Positions 17,692 through 27,075 of a DNA stretch of 64,000 bases are shown one piece after another. Every line of letters starts with the position of its first letter. Positions within the stretch are counted from its first letter, which is position 1. The notes under the pieces were generated by a model. That model had not been told where the DNA came from, searched no databases, and saw nothing but the letters and a program-made list of their open reading frames with translations. The stretch covers positions 35,006-99,005 of the forward strand of contig JAPLXH010000007.1 of assembly GCA_026396195.1 (NCBI GenBank), written 5' to 3'. A program made the position numbers and the translations under genes. Origin of the DNA: Candidatus Nealsonbacteria bacterium. Its GTDB lineage: Bacteria; Patescibacteriota; Minisyncoccia; Minisyncoccales; JAGGXC01.

Positions 17692-17868
17692 TTATTTTAT
17701 TTCCGGATTTTTTACAATTTTTTCTTCTTTAATCTTAACAAACTTTTTATAAAGCTCTTCAATCGCTTTTTTTTGTTTTTCCAAATCAAAAAATTCCCTA
17801 TAAATACGGCTTTTTTCCTTGCGAATAAATTTACGAATGCTTCTGGATAGTTTTTCTTTACGCTTCAT
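17692..17868 (-). CDS. Small basic hypothetical protein (58 aa), not in the ORF track
   Basis: MKRKEKLSRSIRKFIRKEKSRIYREFFDLEKQKKAIEELYKKFVKIKEEKIVKNPEIK; ends 10 nt before the NIF3 start. Confidence 0.7.
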   Translation of the reverse strand: MKRKEKLSRSIRKFIRKEKSRIYREFFDLEKQKKAIEELYKKFVKIKEEKIVKNPEIK

Positions 17869-18016
17869 AATTTTTAATTAAAAAATAACCCATGATGATT
17901 CTTTTTGATTTTAAACTTTTAATTGTTTCTTGTCCAGAAATATTTCTTGTCTCAGTGTTGCGAGGCAATTATATTATATATATTTTCAAAACAATTGTAA
18001 CGAATATTTTGAAACT

Positions 18017-18043
18017 TAAAACCCCGAAAAAATCGGGGTTTTA
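18017..18043. terminator. Intrinsic terminator downstream of murE
   Basis: TAAAACCCCGA-AAAAA-TCGGGGTTTTA perfect hairpin. Confidence 0.7.
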
Positions 18044-18108
18044 ATAAAAATAAAAAATTGTTTTTTATAAACCCAGCACTTCGATAATCTCAGCATTAAC
18101 CTTTGGGT

Positions 18109-19392
18109 TTAACGAAGGGTTAATTTTTTAAACTCTTCCCTGGCAATTTCTCTGTCATCCCAAGGTATTTTTTTTGCTCCAGCCACGCACATCCAAGGTT
18201 CCGAGCCCTTGCCGGTGATTATTACTGTGTCTCCCTTTTTCGCCAGCGCTAGGGCCTGTTTTATCGCTTCCCGACGGTCCAAAATCTCCGTAAGGCCGAT
18301 TGATTGGTTTTGAATACCAGAAGCAATTTCTTTAATAATCTGGACTGGGTTATCATCGTAAGGATCTTCGTTGGTTAAAATAATTTGATTGCAAAATTGG
18401 GAAGCAATTTCTCCCATTTTAGGTCTTTTCCATTTATCCCTGCCGCCACCGCAAGAACCCAAAACGCAAATTTTTAAAGAATCCTTGGGCAAGGCTGAAT
18501 AAGCCTTAGAAAGCGCGTCCGGGGTGTGAGCATAATCAACAAACACCTTGAAGGGAGAGCTGATCACTTCCTCCATTCGGCCGGAAACAACTTCTATTTT
18601 TTCTAAAGCCCTCTTGCAGGTTTTCAAATCAATTCCTTGAGACAAAGCCGAAGCAATTGCCGAGAGGGAATTATAAATATTAAAAACACCCCTTAGTTTT
18701 AAATTAAAAGTTGTGTCAGCCAATACGAATTTAAGCCCTTGGTCTGTTGCCTCTGTTTTTATCGCTTTCAAAAAATTAGAAACTTTATCGGTTGGCTCAC
18801 TATTTAATCCGTATCCTATTTTTCTGTCCGCTTCAAACTTTAAAAAATAATCGGCGTTAGGGTCGTCCAGATTAATAATTGATGTTGTTTTTGACTTTTT
18901 GCTTCCCCTTAATGATTTAAATAATTTTCCCTTGGCTTCTCTGTATTTTTCAAAGGAACCGTGGGTTTCAATGTGCTCGGGAGTTAAATTGGTAAAAATA
19001 GCAGCATCAAAATCTATAAATTTGTGACGGGACTGTAAAAGCCCCTCTGAGCTAACCTCTACCACGACATATTGGCAACCCTGATTTAAGGCCTGCCTTA
19101 AAAATTTTTGCAACTTAAAACGACCGGGCATTGTCATTTTAAGAGTATTAAGCCATTCCCTATCTTTTATTTTAAATTTAATAGTGGAAACCGATCCCAC
19201 GCTAAAACCGGCTTCTTCTAAAATTTTACTTATTAAATAAACCACGGTAGACTTGCCATTGGTGCCGGTCACGCCAATTATTTTCATTTTTCGGGAAGGG
19301 AAAAAATATAAAACAGCTCCCAAAAACGCCAACCCGAAATGATAAAAGTTTATTAAAAAGTTAGGGGCTATTTTTCTTATTATTTTTTTCAT
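18109..19392 (-). CDS. murE: UDP-N-acetylmuramoyl-tripeptide synthetase (MurE-type Mur ligase)
   Basis: GVTGTNGKST, EVSS, TNLTPEH, VDYAHTPD, GGGRD..KRPKMG, TGKGSE. Confidence 0.88.
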   Translation of the reverse strand: MKKIIRKIAPNFLINFYHFGLAFLGAVLYFFPSRKMKIIGVTGTNGKSTVVYLISKILEEAGFSVGSVSTIKFKIKDREWLNTLKMTMPGRFKLQKFLRQALNQGCQYVVVEVSSEGLLQSRHKFIDFDAAIFTNLTPEHIETHGSFEKYREAKGKLFKSLRGSKKSKTTSIINLDDPNADYFLKFEADRKIGYGLNSEPTDKVSNFLKAIKTEATDQGLKFVLADTTFNLKLRGVFNIYNSLSAIASALSQGIDLKTCKRALEKIEVVSGRMEEVISSPFKVFVDYAHTPDALSKAYSALPKDSLKICVLGSCGGGRDKWKRPKMGEIASQFCNQIILTNEDPYDDNPVQIIKEIASGIQNQSIGLTEILDRREAIKQALALAKKGDTVIITGKGSEPWMCVAGAKKIPWDDREIAREEFKKLTLR

Positions 19393-19437
19393 ATAAAATT
19401 CATAAACAAAGCCTTTTTCGCTTTAAATTATATTAAC

Positions 19438-21384
19438 ATGTTTAAATTAGTTTCAAAATTCAAGCCTACCGGAGATCAACCCAAGGCAATAAAAAGCTTG
19501 GTTAAAAATTTAAAAAAAGGAGAAAAGCATCAAATCTTATTAGGAGTTACCGGAAGCGGTAAAACCTTTACTTTGGCTAACTTAATTGAAAAAATCCAAA
19601 AGCCAACCTTGATTATCAGCCATAACAAAACCTTGGCCGCCCAGCTTTACCAAGAATTTAAAGATTTTTTCCCGGAAGCCGGGGTGCATTATTTTGTTTC
19701 TTATTACGACTATTATCAACCGGAGGCTTATCTGCCCCAAACCGACACTTATATTGAGAAAGACGCAAAAATCAACGAAGAGCTTGACAGATTAAGGCAT
19801 GCCGCCACCCAGGATTTGCTGATCAGAAAAGACATAATCATAGTGGCTTCGGTTTCTTGTATTTATAACATCGGCTCTCCGGAAAATTACCAAAAAATAT
19901 CTTTGGAAATAAAGCCCGGCCAAAAAATAAGCCGAAAAGAATTTATCCGCCATTTAACTTCCCTGCAATACCAGAGAAACGATATTGATTTTAAGCCCGG
20001 AAGTTTCAGAGCGAGAGGGGATATGGTTGATATTTCTTTGGTTACCGGAAAAGAAATTTTAAGAATTGAATTTTTAAATGATAAGATTCGCAAGATTTAC
20101 TTGTCTAAAAACTCCTTATCGCCTCAATTTAAGCCTTGCGGCCAAAAAATCAAAATTTTCCCGGCTCATTTTTGGTTGGGGCCTCAAAATAAGTTAAAAA
20201 TATCTTTGGAAAACATAAAGCTGGAACTTCAAGAACAATTAAAAAAATTCAAAAGACAAAAAAAACCGACGGAAGCCCGGAGATTAGAAAGTAAAACAAA
20301 TTATGACTTGGAAATGCTCGAAGAAACGGGTTTTTGCCATGGAATAGAAAACTACTCCAGGCATTTGGAGTTTAGAAAGCCAAAAGAACCGCCTTACGCC
20401 CTGATTGATTATTTCCCCAAGGATTTTTTAATTTTCATTGATGAATCCCATATGACCCTGCCTCAAATTCAAGCAATGGCCAACCAAGACAAGGCTCGTA
20501 AAAAAACGCTTATTAATTACGGTTTCAGATTGCCTTCGGCTCTGGACAACCGGCCATTGACTTTTGAAGAATTTGAAAAGAAAATCAACCAAGTTGTTTA
20601 TGTTTCAGCGACTCCCGGTCACTTTGAAAAAAACAAAACAAATAAAAAAAACATTATTAAGCAGTTGATAAGGCCCACGGGGCTTTTAGAACCATCGATT
20701 GAGATAAGGCCGACTAAAAATCAAGTCAAGGATTTAATCGGAGAAATCAGAAAAAAAATTGAAAAAAAACAAAGAGTTTTAGTTTTAACTTTGACTAAAA
20801 GGTTAGCGGAGGCCTTGTCCGACCATTTAACTGAGGAAAAAATTAAAACTCAGTGGCTCCACGCTGAAATAAAAACTTTGGAAAGGCCCCAGATTTTAAA
20901 AGACTTCAGGGAAGGAAAATACGACGTTTTGGTGGGCATTAATCTTTTAAGGGAGGGCCTGGACCTGCCGGAAGTGGCGATGGTTGCAATTTTAGACGCC
21001 GACAAGGAGGGTTTCTTAAGGACGGAAACAACCTTAATCCAAACCATGGGCCGGGCGGCCCGGCATCCGGAAGGCCATGTAATTTTATATGCCGATAAAA
21101 TTACCCTATCAATGAAAAACGCCATAAAAGAAATAAACAAAAGAAGAAAAATTCAAGAAAAATATAACAAAGTAAATAATATTTCCCCCAAGGCAATTAT
21201 AAAGGAAATAAAAAATTGGCCATTTGCCGCAAAAAAAGATGTTTTTAAGCTGGAATTTGGCGCGATAAAAGACATTAAATTTCTGGGAAAAGAAATGGAT
21301 AGGGCGGCAAAAGAATTAGACTTTGAAAAAGCGGTTCAAATAAGAGATTTAATAAATAAAATCAAAAAACAGGGCTTTAATTAA
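19438..21384 (+). CDS. uvrB: Excinuclease ABC subunit B
   Basis: GVTGSGKT, YYDYYQPEAY, DESH, GINLLREGLD, C-terminal UVR domain. Confidence 0.98.
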   Translation: MFKLVSKFKPTGDQPKAIKSLVKNLKKGEKHQILLGVTGSGKTFTLANLIEKIQKPTLIISHNKTLAAQLYQEFKDFFPEAGVHYFVSYYDYYQPEAYLPQTDTYIEKDAKINEELDRLRHAATQDLLIRKDIIIVASVSCIYNIGSPENYQKISLEIKPGQKISRKEFIRHLTSLQYQRNDIDFKPGSFRARGDMVDISLVTGKEILRIEFLNDKIRKIYLSKNSLSPQFKPCGQKIKIFPAHFWLGPQNKLKISLENIKLELQEQLKKFKRQKKPTEARRLESKTNYDLEMLEETGFCHGIENYSRHLEFRKPKEPPYALIDYFPKDFLIFIDESHMTLPQIQAMANQDKARKKTLINYGFRLPSALDNRPLTFEEFEKKINQVVYVSATPGHFEKNKTNKKNIIKQLIRPTGLLEPSIEIRPTKNQVKDLIGEIRKKIEKKQRVLVLTLTKRLAEALSDHLTEEKIKTQWLHAEIKTLERPQILKDFREGKYDVLVGINLLREGLDLPEVAMVAILDADKEGFLRTETTLIQTMGRAARHPEGHVILYADKITLSMKNAIKEINKRRKIQEKYNKVNNISPKAIIKEIKNWPFAAKKDVFKLEFGAIKDIKFLGKEMDRAAKELDFEKAVQIRDLINKIKKQGFN

Positions 21385-21442
21385 AAGCTATTGCAAAAAT
21401 TTTAAAATTTGCTATCCTGATTAGAGTTTAAAAAATAAAAAT

Positions 21443-21718
21443 ATGCCAATAACCAATTCGGCAAAAAAAGCCTTAAGGCAGAACTTAAAAAGGAGAAAAA
21501 TAAATTCGGTAAAAAAAAGAAAAATAAAAGACTTTATTAAAGAGGCGAGAACTTTAGTTTCTCAAAATAAAACCGATGAAGCTAAGAAGCTTTTGCCTAA
21601 AATTTACAAAATCTTAGATAAAACGGCAAAATCCGGTTTAATTAAAAAAAATGCGGCTTCCCGAAAAAAATCAAGGATTACCGCCTTGATCAACAGAAAA
21701 CAAACTAAGCAAAATTAA
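21443..21718 (+). CDS. rpsT: 30S ribosomal protein S20
   Basis: SAKKALRQN..LDKTAKSGLIKKNAASRKKSR. Confidence 0.95.
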   Translation: MPITNSAKKALRQNLKRRKINSVKKRKIKDFIKEARTLVSQNKTDEAKKLLPKIYKILDKTAKSGLIKKNAASRKKSRITALINRKQTKQN

Positions 21719-22653
21719 ATTTCACCGATTAAAATGTCTATCGCCAAAACCGGTCCAATCTTGCCGGTTTTTATTTTAAGGTCTAATTGAAAAATTTTCC
21801 TGTAAATCTTTTTTAATTGTTCCAAATTAAACCGCTCGGACAATTGACAGCTTTTTTTCAGAACAAAAGGATGCATTTTTAACCGGGAAAACCCCATTCT
21901 TCTTTCAACTAAATCCTTAACCATCAAAAGATTGGAAAATTGAAATTTAATCATTGAAAAAATATAAAAAGGAGAGTCTCCTTTTTCCAAATGATAATGC
22001 AGGAGAGCTAATGCTCTTTTTTTGTTTTTATAAGAGATAGCGTCGATGGTTTCAAAAATAACCGGTTCAATTTTGGACGTCACCAAAAGGTCGAAGTCTT
22101 TTTTGGTGACTCTTTTTTCCGATTTTTTAATTTCAAAAAGGGCAAGTTTTTTGATTTCATTGGAAAGTTGCCACAGATTGTTGCCGATAAAGACAACCAA
22201 GCTTTCCAAGACGTCAGAATCAACCTCTGTTTTGTATTTTTTAAACTCTTCTTTTATCCAACCCCTGAGCTCTTGACCAACCAATAAATTAAACTCCTGA
22301 AAATCGCCGTATTTTTTTAAAAAATTGAATAAAGACTTTTTTGTTTTATTTTTTTCTTCTTCGCAAAATAAAATTAAATCTTCTTTTTGCTGTAAATCTT
22401 TTTTGTTTTTTAAAAAACTTAAAATTTCTTCTTCAATCCCGGAATCAGAAAAAAAATTTGTTAAAACCGCTATTTTCTTGTCTCTAAACATTGAAACCAT
22501 ATTAAATTCATCCTTAAATTTTTCAAAATCTGAACAGCAATCAAAATAATTCAAAATTACCCTGTTTTTGTGGAGCTTTTTATATTCTTCAATTATGTCT
22601 TTTAATTTTTGACCGGACCTGTAAGTGTCTTTTCCGTAAAGAAATTTAATCAT
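21715..22653 (-). CDS. holA: DNA polymerase III delta subunit
   Basis: FLYGKD start, NEIKKL, IFETIDAI, DLKIKTG; ATG at 22653 overlaps the mutM stop (ATGA). Confidence 0.85.
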   Translation of the reverse strand: MIKFLYGKDTYRSGQKLKDIIEEYKKLHKNRVILNYFDCCSDFEKFKDEFNMVSMFRDKKIAVLTNFFSDSGIEEEILSFLKNKKDLQQKEDLILFCEEEKNKTKKSLFNFLKKYGDFQEFNLLVGQELRGWIKEEFKKYKTEVDSDVLESLVVFIGNNLWQLSNEIKKLALFEIKKSEKRVTKKDFDLLVTSKIEPVIFETIDAISYKNKKRALALLHYHLEKGDSPFYIFSMIKFQFSNLLMVKDLVERRMGFSRLKMHPFVLKKSCQLSERFNLEQLKKIYRKIFQLDLKIKTGKIGPVLAIDILIGEI

Positions 22654-23555
22654 AATTTTTGACAATTGGGGCAAAAATGAGCCGACCTTCCTCCTATTTT
22701 TTTTCTTAAAATTAACGACTTGCAACAAGAACATTTTTCTCCTTCCCTTTGATAAACCCTGCGATAATCATCGAAAAAACCTTTTTTTCCTTCAATTGTC
22801 CGCCAATCGCTGAAACTTTCTCCCTTCAATTCAATCCCTTTTTCTAAAATTTTAATGATATTTTGGTAAATTCTTTCAAGCTCTTTTTCTTTCAAGCTTG
22901 GAATTAACCTAAAAGGGTGGATTTTCGCCTGGAATAAAATTTCATCCGAATAAATATTGCCTATGCCGGCAATGACATTGGGGTCCATCAAAACTTGCTT
23001 AACCTTGCCCCGCCTTTGGCGAGGCTCGCCTTTGGCGGTTTTTTTATTTTTTAAAATTTCTTTAAATTTTTCAAAGGTAAAGCTTTTTTCTAAAGGTTCC
23101 GGCCCTAAGCTTTTGAATTCTTGTAAATTGAAAAGCTCGTCGGCCCCCCATAACTCTATTCTGGCAAATTTTCTCAGATCAGACAAAGCCAGCATTTCTC
23201 CATTATCTAATTTAAACAATAAATGGATATAGCTATTTATTTTTTCTGAAAGAAAATCTTTTTTAAAGCTCTTCCAGCCGGTTTTTTGTTTCTGCCACTT
23301 GCCCAACAAAAGATGGCCGGTAAGTTTTTGATGAATTAATAAAATTTTATCATCGGAAAGCTCAAAAAGAATGAATTTTGCCCTCCTTTTTACATTTAAT
23401 ATTTTTTTATTAATTATTTCTTTTTTAAATTCCGGGAAGCTCTTGGGGTTTTTTATCATCTTTTCAAAATCCGTCCAAACATCAATAAAGGTCCTGGATA
23501 GGACCTTTTTTCTTAAATCTCTTACTGTTGTTTCTACTTCCGGAAGTTCGGGCAT
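22650..23555 (-). CDS. mutM: Formamidopyrimidine-DNA glycosylase
   Basis: MPELPEVET, GIGNIYSDE H2TH motif, C-terminal zinc finger CPNCQ. Confidence 0.96.
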   Translation of the reverse strand: MPELPEVETTVRDLRKKVLSRTFIDVWTDFEKMIKNPKSFPEFKKEIINKKILNVKRRAKFILFELSDDKILLIHQKLTGHLLLGKWQKQKTGWKSFKKDFLSEKINSYIHLLFKLDNGEMLALSDLRKFARIELWGADELFNLQEFKSLGPEPLEKSFTFEKFKEILKNKKTAKGEPRQRRGKVKQVLMDPNVIAGIGNIYSDEILFQAKIHPFRLIPSLKEKELERIYQNIIKILEKGIELKGESFSDWRTIEGKKGFFDDYRRVYQREGEKCSCCKSLILRKKIGGRSAHFCPNCQKL

Positions 23556-23557
23556 TT

Positions 23558-23935
23558 TTATCCTAAAATATTTTTGATTTTTTCTATAACTTCACCGGGA
23601 GTAAAGTGAGCTTTAATTAAATAATCTTTAGCCCCTAATTGCAATCCTCTTTCAATATCGTCTTTCTGGCCCAAATTAGACAAAACAATAATCGGAATCC
23701 CAGACAAAGTCGGGTCTTCTTTTACTTTAGTCAAAACTTCAAAACCGTCTATCCCGGGCAAAATAAGATCCAGTAAAACTAAATCTGGTTTTACTTCTTT
23801 TATTTTTATAATTCCTTCTTCGCCGTCAACGGCTTCTGCAGTATCAAATCCTTCTCTTATAAGTTTTTGGTTCATCAAGTCTCTTAAAAACTTGTCGTCT
23901 TCTACTATTAAAATTGTTTTTTTGCTTTCGGCCAT
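23558..23935 (-). CDS. Single-domain response regulator (receiver)
   Basis: IVEDD, LLDLILP, SN, K motif. Confidence 0.92.
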   Translation of the reverse strand: MAESKKTILIVEDDKFLRDLMNQKLIREGFDTAEAVDGEEGIIKIKEVKPDLVLLDLILPGIDGFEVLTKVKEDPTLSGIPIIVLSNLGQKDDIERGLQLGAKDYLIKAHFTPGEVIEKIKNILG

Positions 23936-23959
23936 ATTTTAAAAATTTTATTTTTAAAA

Positions 23960-24325
23960 CTAACCAATTATTTTTTTAACCTTTTTTATTACTTCTTGGG
24001 GGTCAAATTCGGTTTTTATCAACCAGTCTTTAGCTCCCAGGTATTTGGCGCGGTCAATCTCAACCGGTTGGCCGGAATTTGAAACAACAATCACCGGAAT
24101 TGATTTTAATTTTTTATCCTTATTTTTTTCCTCCATAACCCTGAAACCATCCATTTTAGGCATCACGATATCCAATAAAATAAGGTCGGGAACGACTTCT
24201 TTTATTTTACTTACTCCTTCTTTTCCGTCTTTAGCGATATAAACCTCATATCCTTCTTTTTCCAGTTTTTTTTGCAGTAAATTAAGGATTATTTCTTCGT
24301 CCTCTATGATTAAAATTTTTTTCAT
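23960..24325 (-). CDS. Single-domain response regulator (receiver)
   Basis: IIEDE, LLDIVMPKMDG, SN, K motif. Confidence 0.92.
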   Translation of the reverse strand: MKKILIIEDEEIILNLLQKKLEKEGYEVYIAKDGKEGVSKIKEVVPDLILLDIVMPKMDGFRVMEEKNKDKKLKSIPVIVVSNSGQPVEIDRAKYLGAKDWLIKTEFDPQEVIKKVKKIIG

Positions 24326-24402
24326 TGCTTTTTATTGTTTGTTCCTTTTATTTTACTCTCATCGGGAAAGATTGCAATATTATTTTCCACATTGTTTCAC
24401 AA

Positions 24403-25611
24403 TCAAACTGATTCCTCTTTATGGTCGGACGGCTCCTCGGAAACAGGGAGGGTAAAATAAAAAGTTGAGCCTTTTCCGACCTCAGATTCAAACCAAGCTC
24501 GCCCCCCATGAGCTTCTATGATATTTTTGGTGATAAAAAGACCCAGGCCGGAACCGTCGGTTTCCATCCTGACTGCGTTTTCTGACCTGAAAAATTTTGT
24601 AAATAATCGCTTTTTGTCTCTATCCGGAATCCCAATACCCGAGTCTTTTATGGAAAATTCTATTTCTTTGTTTTTGCTTATAAAATTTAAACAAATTTTT
24701 ACCTCGCCCTTGGAAGGAGTATATTTTACGGCATTGTCTAAAAAATTCGTAATCACTAAATTTATTTTTTCAACGTCAATTTTAACCTTCGGCAATAATT
24801 TTTCTGATTTTTCGAAAACAAGCTTAATTTTTCTTCGCTCAAGCTCACTTTTATAAGAGTTAATGACCGACTGAGTTAAATCATCCAATTGCACAAAAGC
24901 AGGGCGATAAAGATACTTTCCCTCCTCAATCCTGCTGACGTTCAACAGGTCATTGATAAGATGAATCATTCTTTCATTGGAAACATAAGTTTTTTGCAAA
25001 TATTCTTTTTGGTCTTTGCTAATTTTTCCCAAATCTCCATCCAATATCATCTTTAATGTCCATTTAATGGCCGAAAGCGGCGTTCTTAATTGATGAGCAG
25101 TTAAAGAAACGAATTCGCTTTTTATCCTTTCTATTTCTTTTTCCCTTGTAATGTCGTGCAAAATCACCAAATTGCCAAAAATTTCTTTGCCTCTTTTTAT
25201 GTGGATAATTGAAACTTCCAAAATCAGAATTTCTTTCACCTTAAGCTCCTTTCTAAAAATCTCTTTGGCTTCCGGAATAAAAAAATCAATCAAACCCTTA
25301 AGTCTCGGGAACTCCGCAAGCCGTAAAAGTGATTTTCCAATTACCTCGGGGGCTTTCACTTCAAAAAAATCCTCAGCACTCGGATTAATTAAAATTAAAT
25401 CTTGCTGTTCGTCGAAAGCCAAAAGACCATCGGAAAAATTGGTAATAATGGCCAAGGTCTTATTTTTTTCTTCCACCGCTCTAATGCGGGCATCTTCAAC
25501 ATCTTCCAAGATGTTCAATAAGGCTTCGTGGACCATTTTTTCGTCCAAGATCTGGCTTTCCTTTAAATCAACCTCTCCTGTTTTTATTTTTTTATCGTTT
25601 TCCATTATCAT
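24403..25611 (-). CDS. Cytoplasmic PAS-HisKA-HATPase sensor histidine kinase
   Basis: AHQLRTPL H-box, NAVKYT, DSGIGI, GSGLGL; no TM segment. Confidence 0.93.
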   Translation of the reverse strand: MIMENDKKIKTGEVDLKESQILDEKMVHEALLNILEDVEDARIRAVEEKNKTLAIITNFSDGLLAFDEQQDLILINPSAEDFFEVKAPEVIGKSLLRLAEFPRLKGLIDFFIPEAKEIFRKELKVKEILILEVSIIHIKRGKEIFGNLVILHDITREKEIERIKSEFVSLTAHQLRTPLSAIKWTLKMILDGDLGKISKDQKEYLQKTYVSNERMIHLINDLLNVSRIEEGKYLYRPAFVQLDDLTQSVINSYKSELERRKIKLVFEKSEKLLPKVKIDVEKINLVITNFLDNAVKYTPSKGEVKICLNFISKNKEIEFSIKDSGIGIPDRDKKRLFTKFFRSENAVRMETDGSGLGLFITKNIIEAHGGRAWFESEVGKGSTFYFTLPVSEEPSDHKEESV

Positions 25612-25657
25612 TGCCTTATTTTAATAATTGTTTTTTATTCATTAATTTTAACATATT

Positions 25658-26578
25658 CTATCTTTCTTCAAAAACCTTAAACTCGCCGAGCCTGTCTATT
25701 AAACTATAGAATTCCATTTCCTGAAAAATTTTTATTATTTTTTCTTTTTCGTACTTGCCGAAACGACAAACATCCAAGTCGAATTCGATGGGAACATCGC
25801 ATTTCGCCTGAATTAACTTTTTACTCAGGAAAGCGTCTTCTTTGTGTTTGAATAAAGCTTCTTTTGTTTTAGAAGAAATTAATTTTGATTTTTCGGTGCT
25901 TAATTCTAGTTCTCCGTAAAGATTGTCCAAGCTATCGAATTCTTTTATTAATTTAATGCCGTTTTTTTCTCCTATTCCCCTGACTCCCGGGATGTTGTCG
26001 GAAGGGTCTCCTCTTAATCCTTTAAAATCGGGCAATTGTTCCGGAGTTAATCCGCCGTATTTTTCTTTAACTTTTTCGAAATCATATAAAATCGTATTTT
26101 TAATGCCTTTTTTTAAGCTGTAAACTTTCGTGTTTTCATTGACTAATTGAAAAATATCGGCATCTCCGCTTAAAATAATGGTTTCGATCTCGGGAATTAC
26201 TTGTTTCTTGGGAGCTAATTTGGCTATAGTGGCAATTATATCGTCCGCTTCAAATCCTTGTTTTTCAAAAATAACTATATTAAAAGCTTTAAGAATCTCT
26301 TTAATCCTGGGAATTTGGCCGGAAAGTTCATCCGGCATTTTAGGTCTTTTTGCTTTGTAGGGCTTAAATTCCAGGTGGCGGAAAGTAACGCCGGGCAAAT
26401 CAAAAGTGGCTGCTACAAAATCCGGCTGAAATTCTTTTAATGCTTTTAAAAAAACCAGTAAAAACCCGTAAACCGCCCCCAACGGCTCTCCTTTTTTATT
26501 GGTTAGGGGAGGCAGGGCATGAAAAGCCCTGTGAATTACAGAGTTGCTATCAATAATAATTAAACGTTTTTTATCCAT
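25658..26578 (-). CDS. Stand-alone 5'-3' exonuclease (PolA N-terminal / flap endonuclease domain)
   Basis: IDSNSVIHRAFH, YKAKR, EADDII, GDPSDNIPGV.GIG; ends without a polymerase domain. Confidence 0.9.
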   Translation of the reverse strand: MDKKRLIIIDSNSVIHRAFHALPPLTNKKGEPLGAVYGFLLVFLKALKEFQPDFVAATFDLPGVTFRHLEFKPYKAKRPKMPDELSGQIPRIKEILKAFNIVIFEKQGFEADDIIATIAKLAPKKQVIPEIETIILSGDADIFQLVNENTKVYSLKKGIKNTILYDFEKVKEKYGGLTPEQLPDFKGLRGDPSDNIPGVRGIGEKNGIKLIKEFDSLDNLYGELELSTEKSKLISSKTKEALFKHKEDAFLSKKLIQAKCDVPIEFDLDVCRFGKYEKEKIIKIFQEMEFYSLIDRLGEFKVFEER

Positions 26579-27009
26579 ATTTTTCTGTTTTTTTTGTTTA
26601 AAAAATTAAATTTTAATAAGGTTTTGTTGGTTGGCAAAATCCCTCTGATTCTTTCCGCCCATTCAATGGCTATAATATTTTGGGGGTCGGAAACAATTTC
26701 GTTGAATCCGAGCTCTGATATTTCTTTCGGGCCTTTTATCCGATAGCAATCAAAATGATAAAAATTTTTAAATTTTTTATTTTTAGGAATTTCAAATTTT
26801 TTCATCAAAACAAAGGTTGGGCTTAAAATTTTATCTTTTATTCCCAGTCCCTTGGCAAAGCCCTGCAAAAAAGTGGTCTTGCCTCCGCCCAAATCTCCCT
26901 CTAATGCTAAAACCTTGGCTTTTTTATCATTTTTGTCCTTTAAAATTTTTTTAGCCAAGTTTTTTCCTTTTTCTTTTGTTTCAAGCGGGCTATGACTTTT
27001 TATTTCCAT
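26560..27009 (-). CDS. tsaE: tRNA t6A37 biosynthesis ATPase
   Basis: GDLGGGKTT, SPTF, HFDCYR, IEWAE. Confidence 0.95.
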   Translation of the reverse strand: MEIKSHSPLETKEKGKNLAKKILKDKNDKKAKVLALEGDLGGGKTTFLQGFAKGLGIKDKILSPTFVLMKKFEIPKNKKFKNFYHFDCYRIKGPKEISELGFNEIVSDPQNIIAIEWAERIRGILPTNKTLLKFNFLNKKNRKIWIKNV

Positions 27010-27075
27010 GTTTCCACAATTGACTATTTCCTTTAATTGATATAAATTAAATTAATTTTATTTATTCATTTTACA

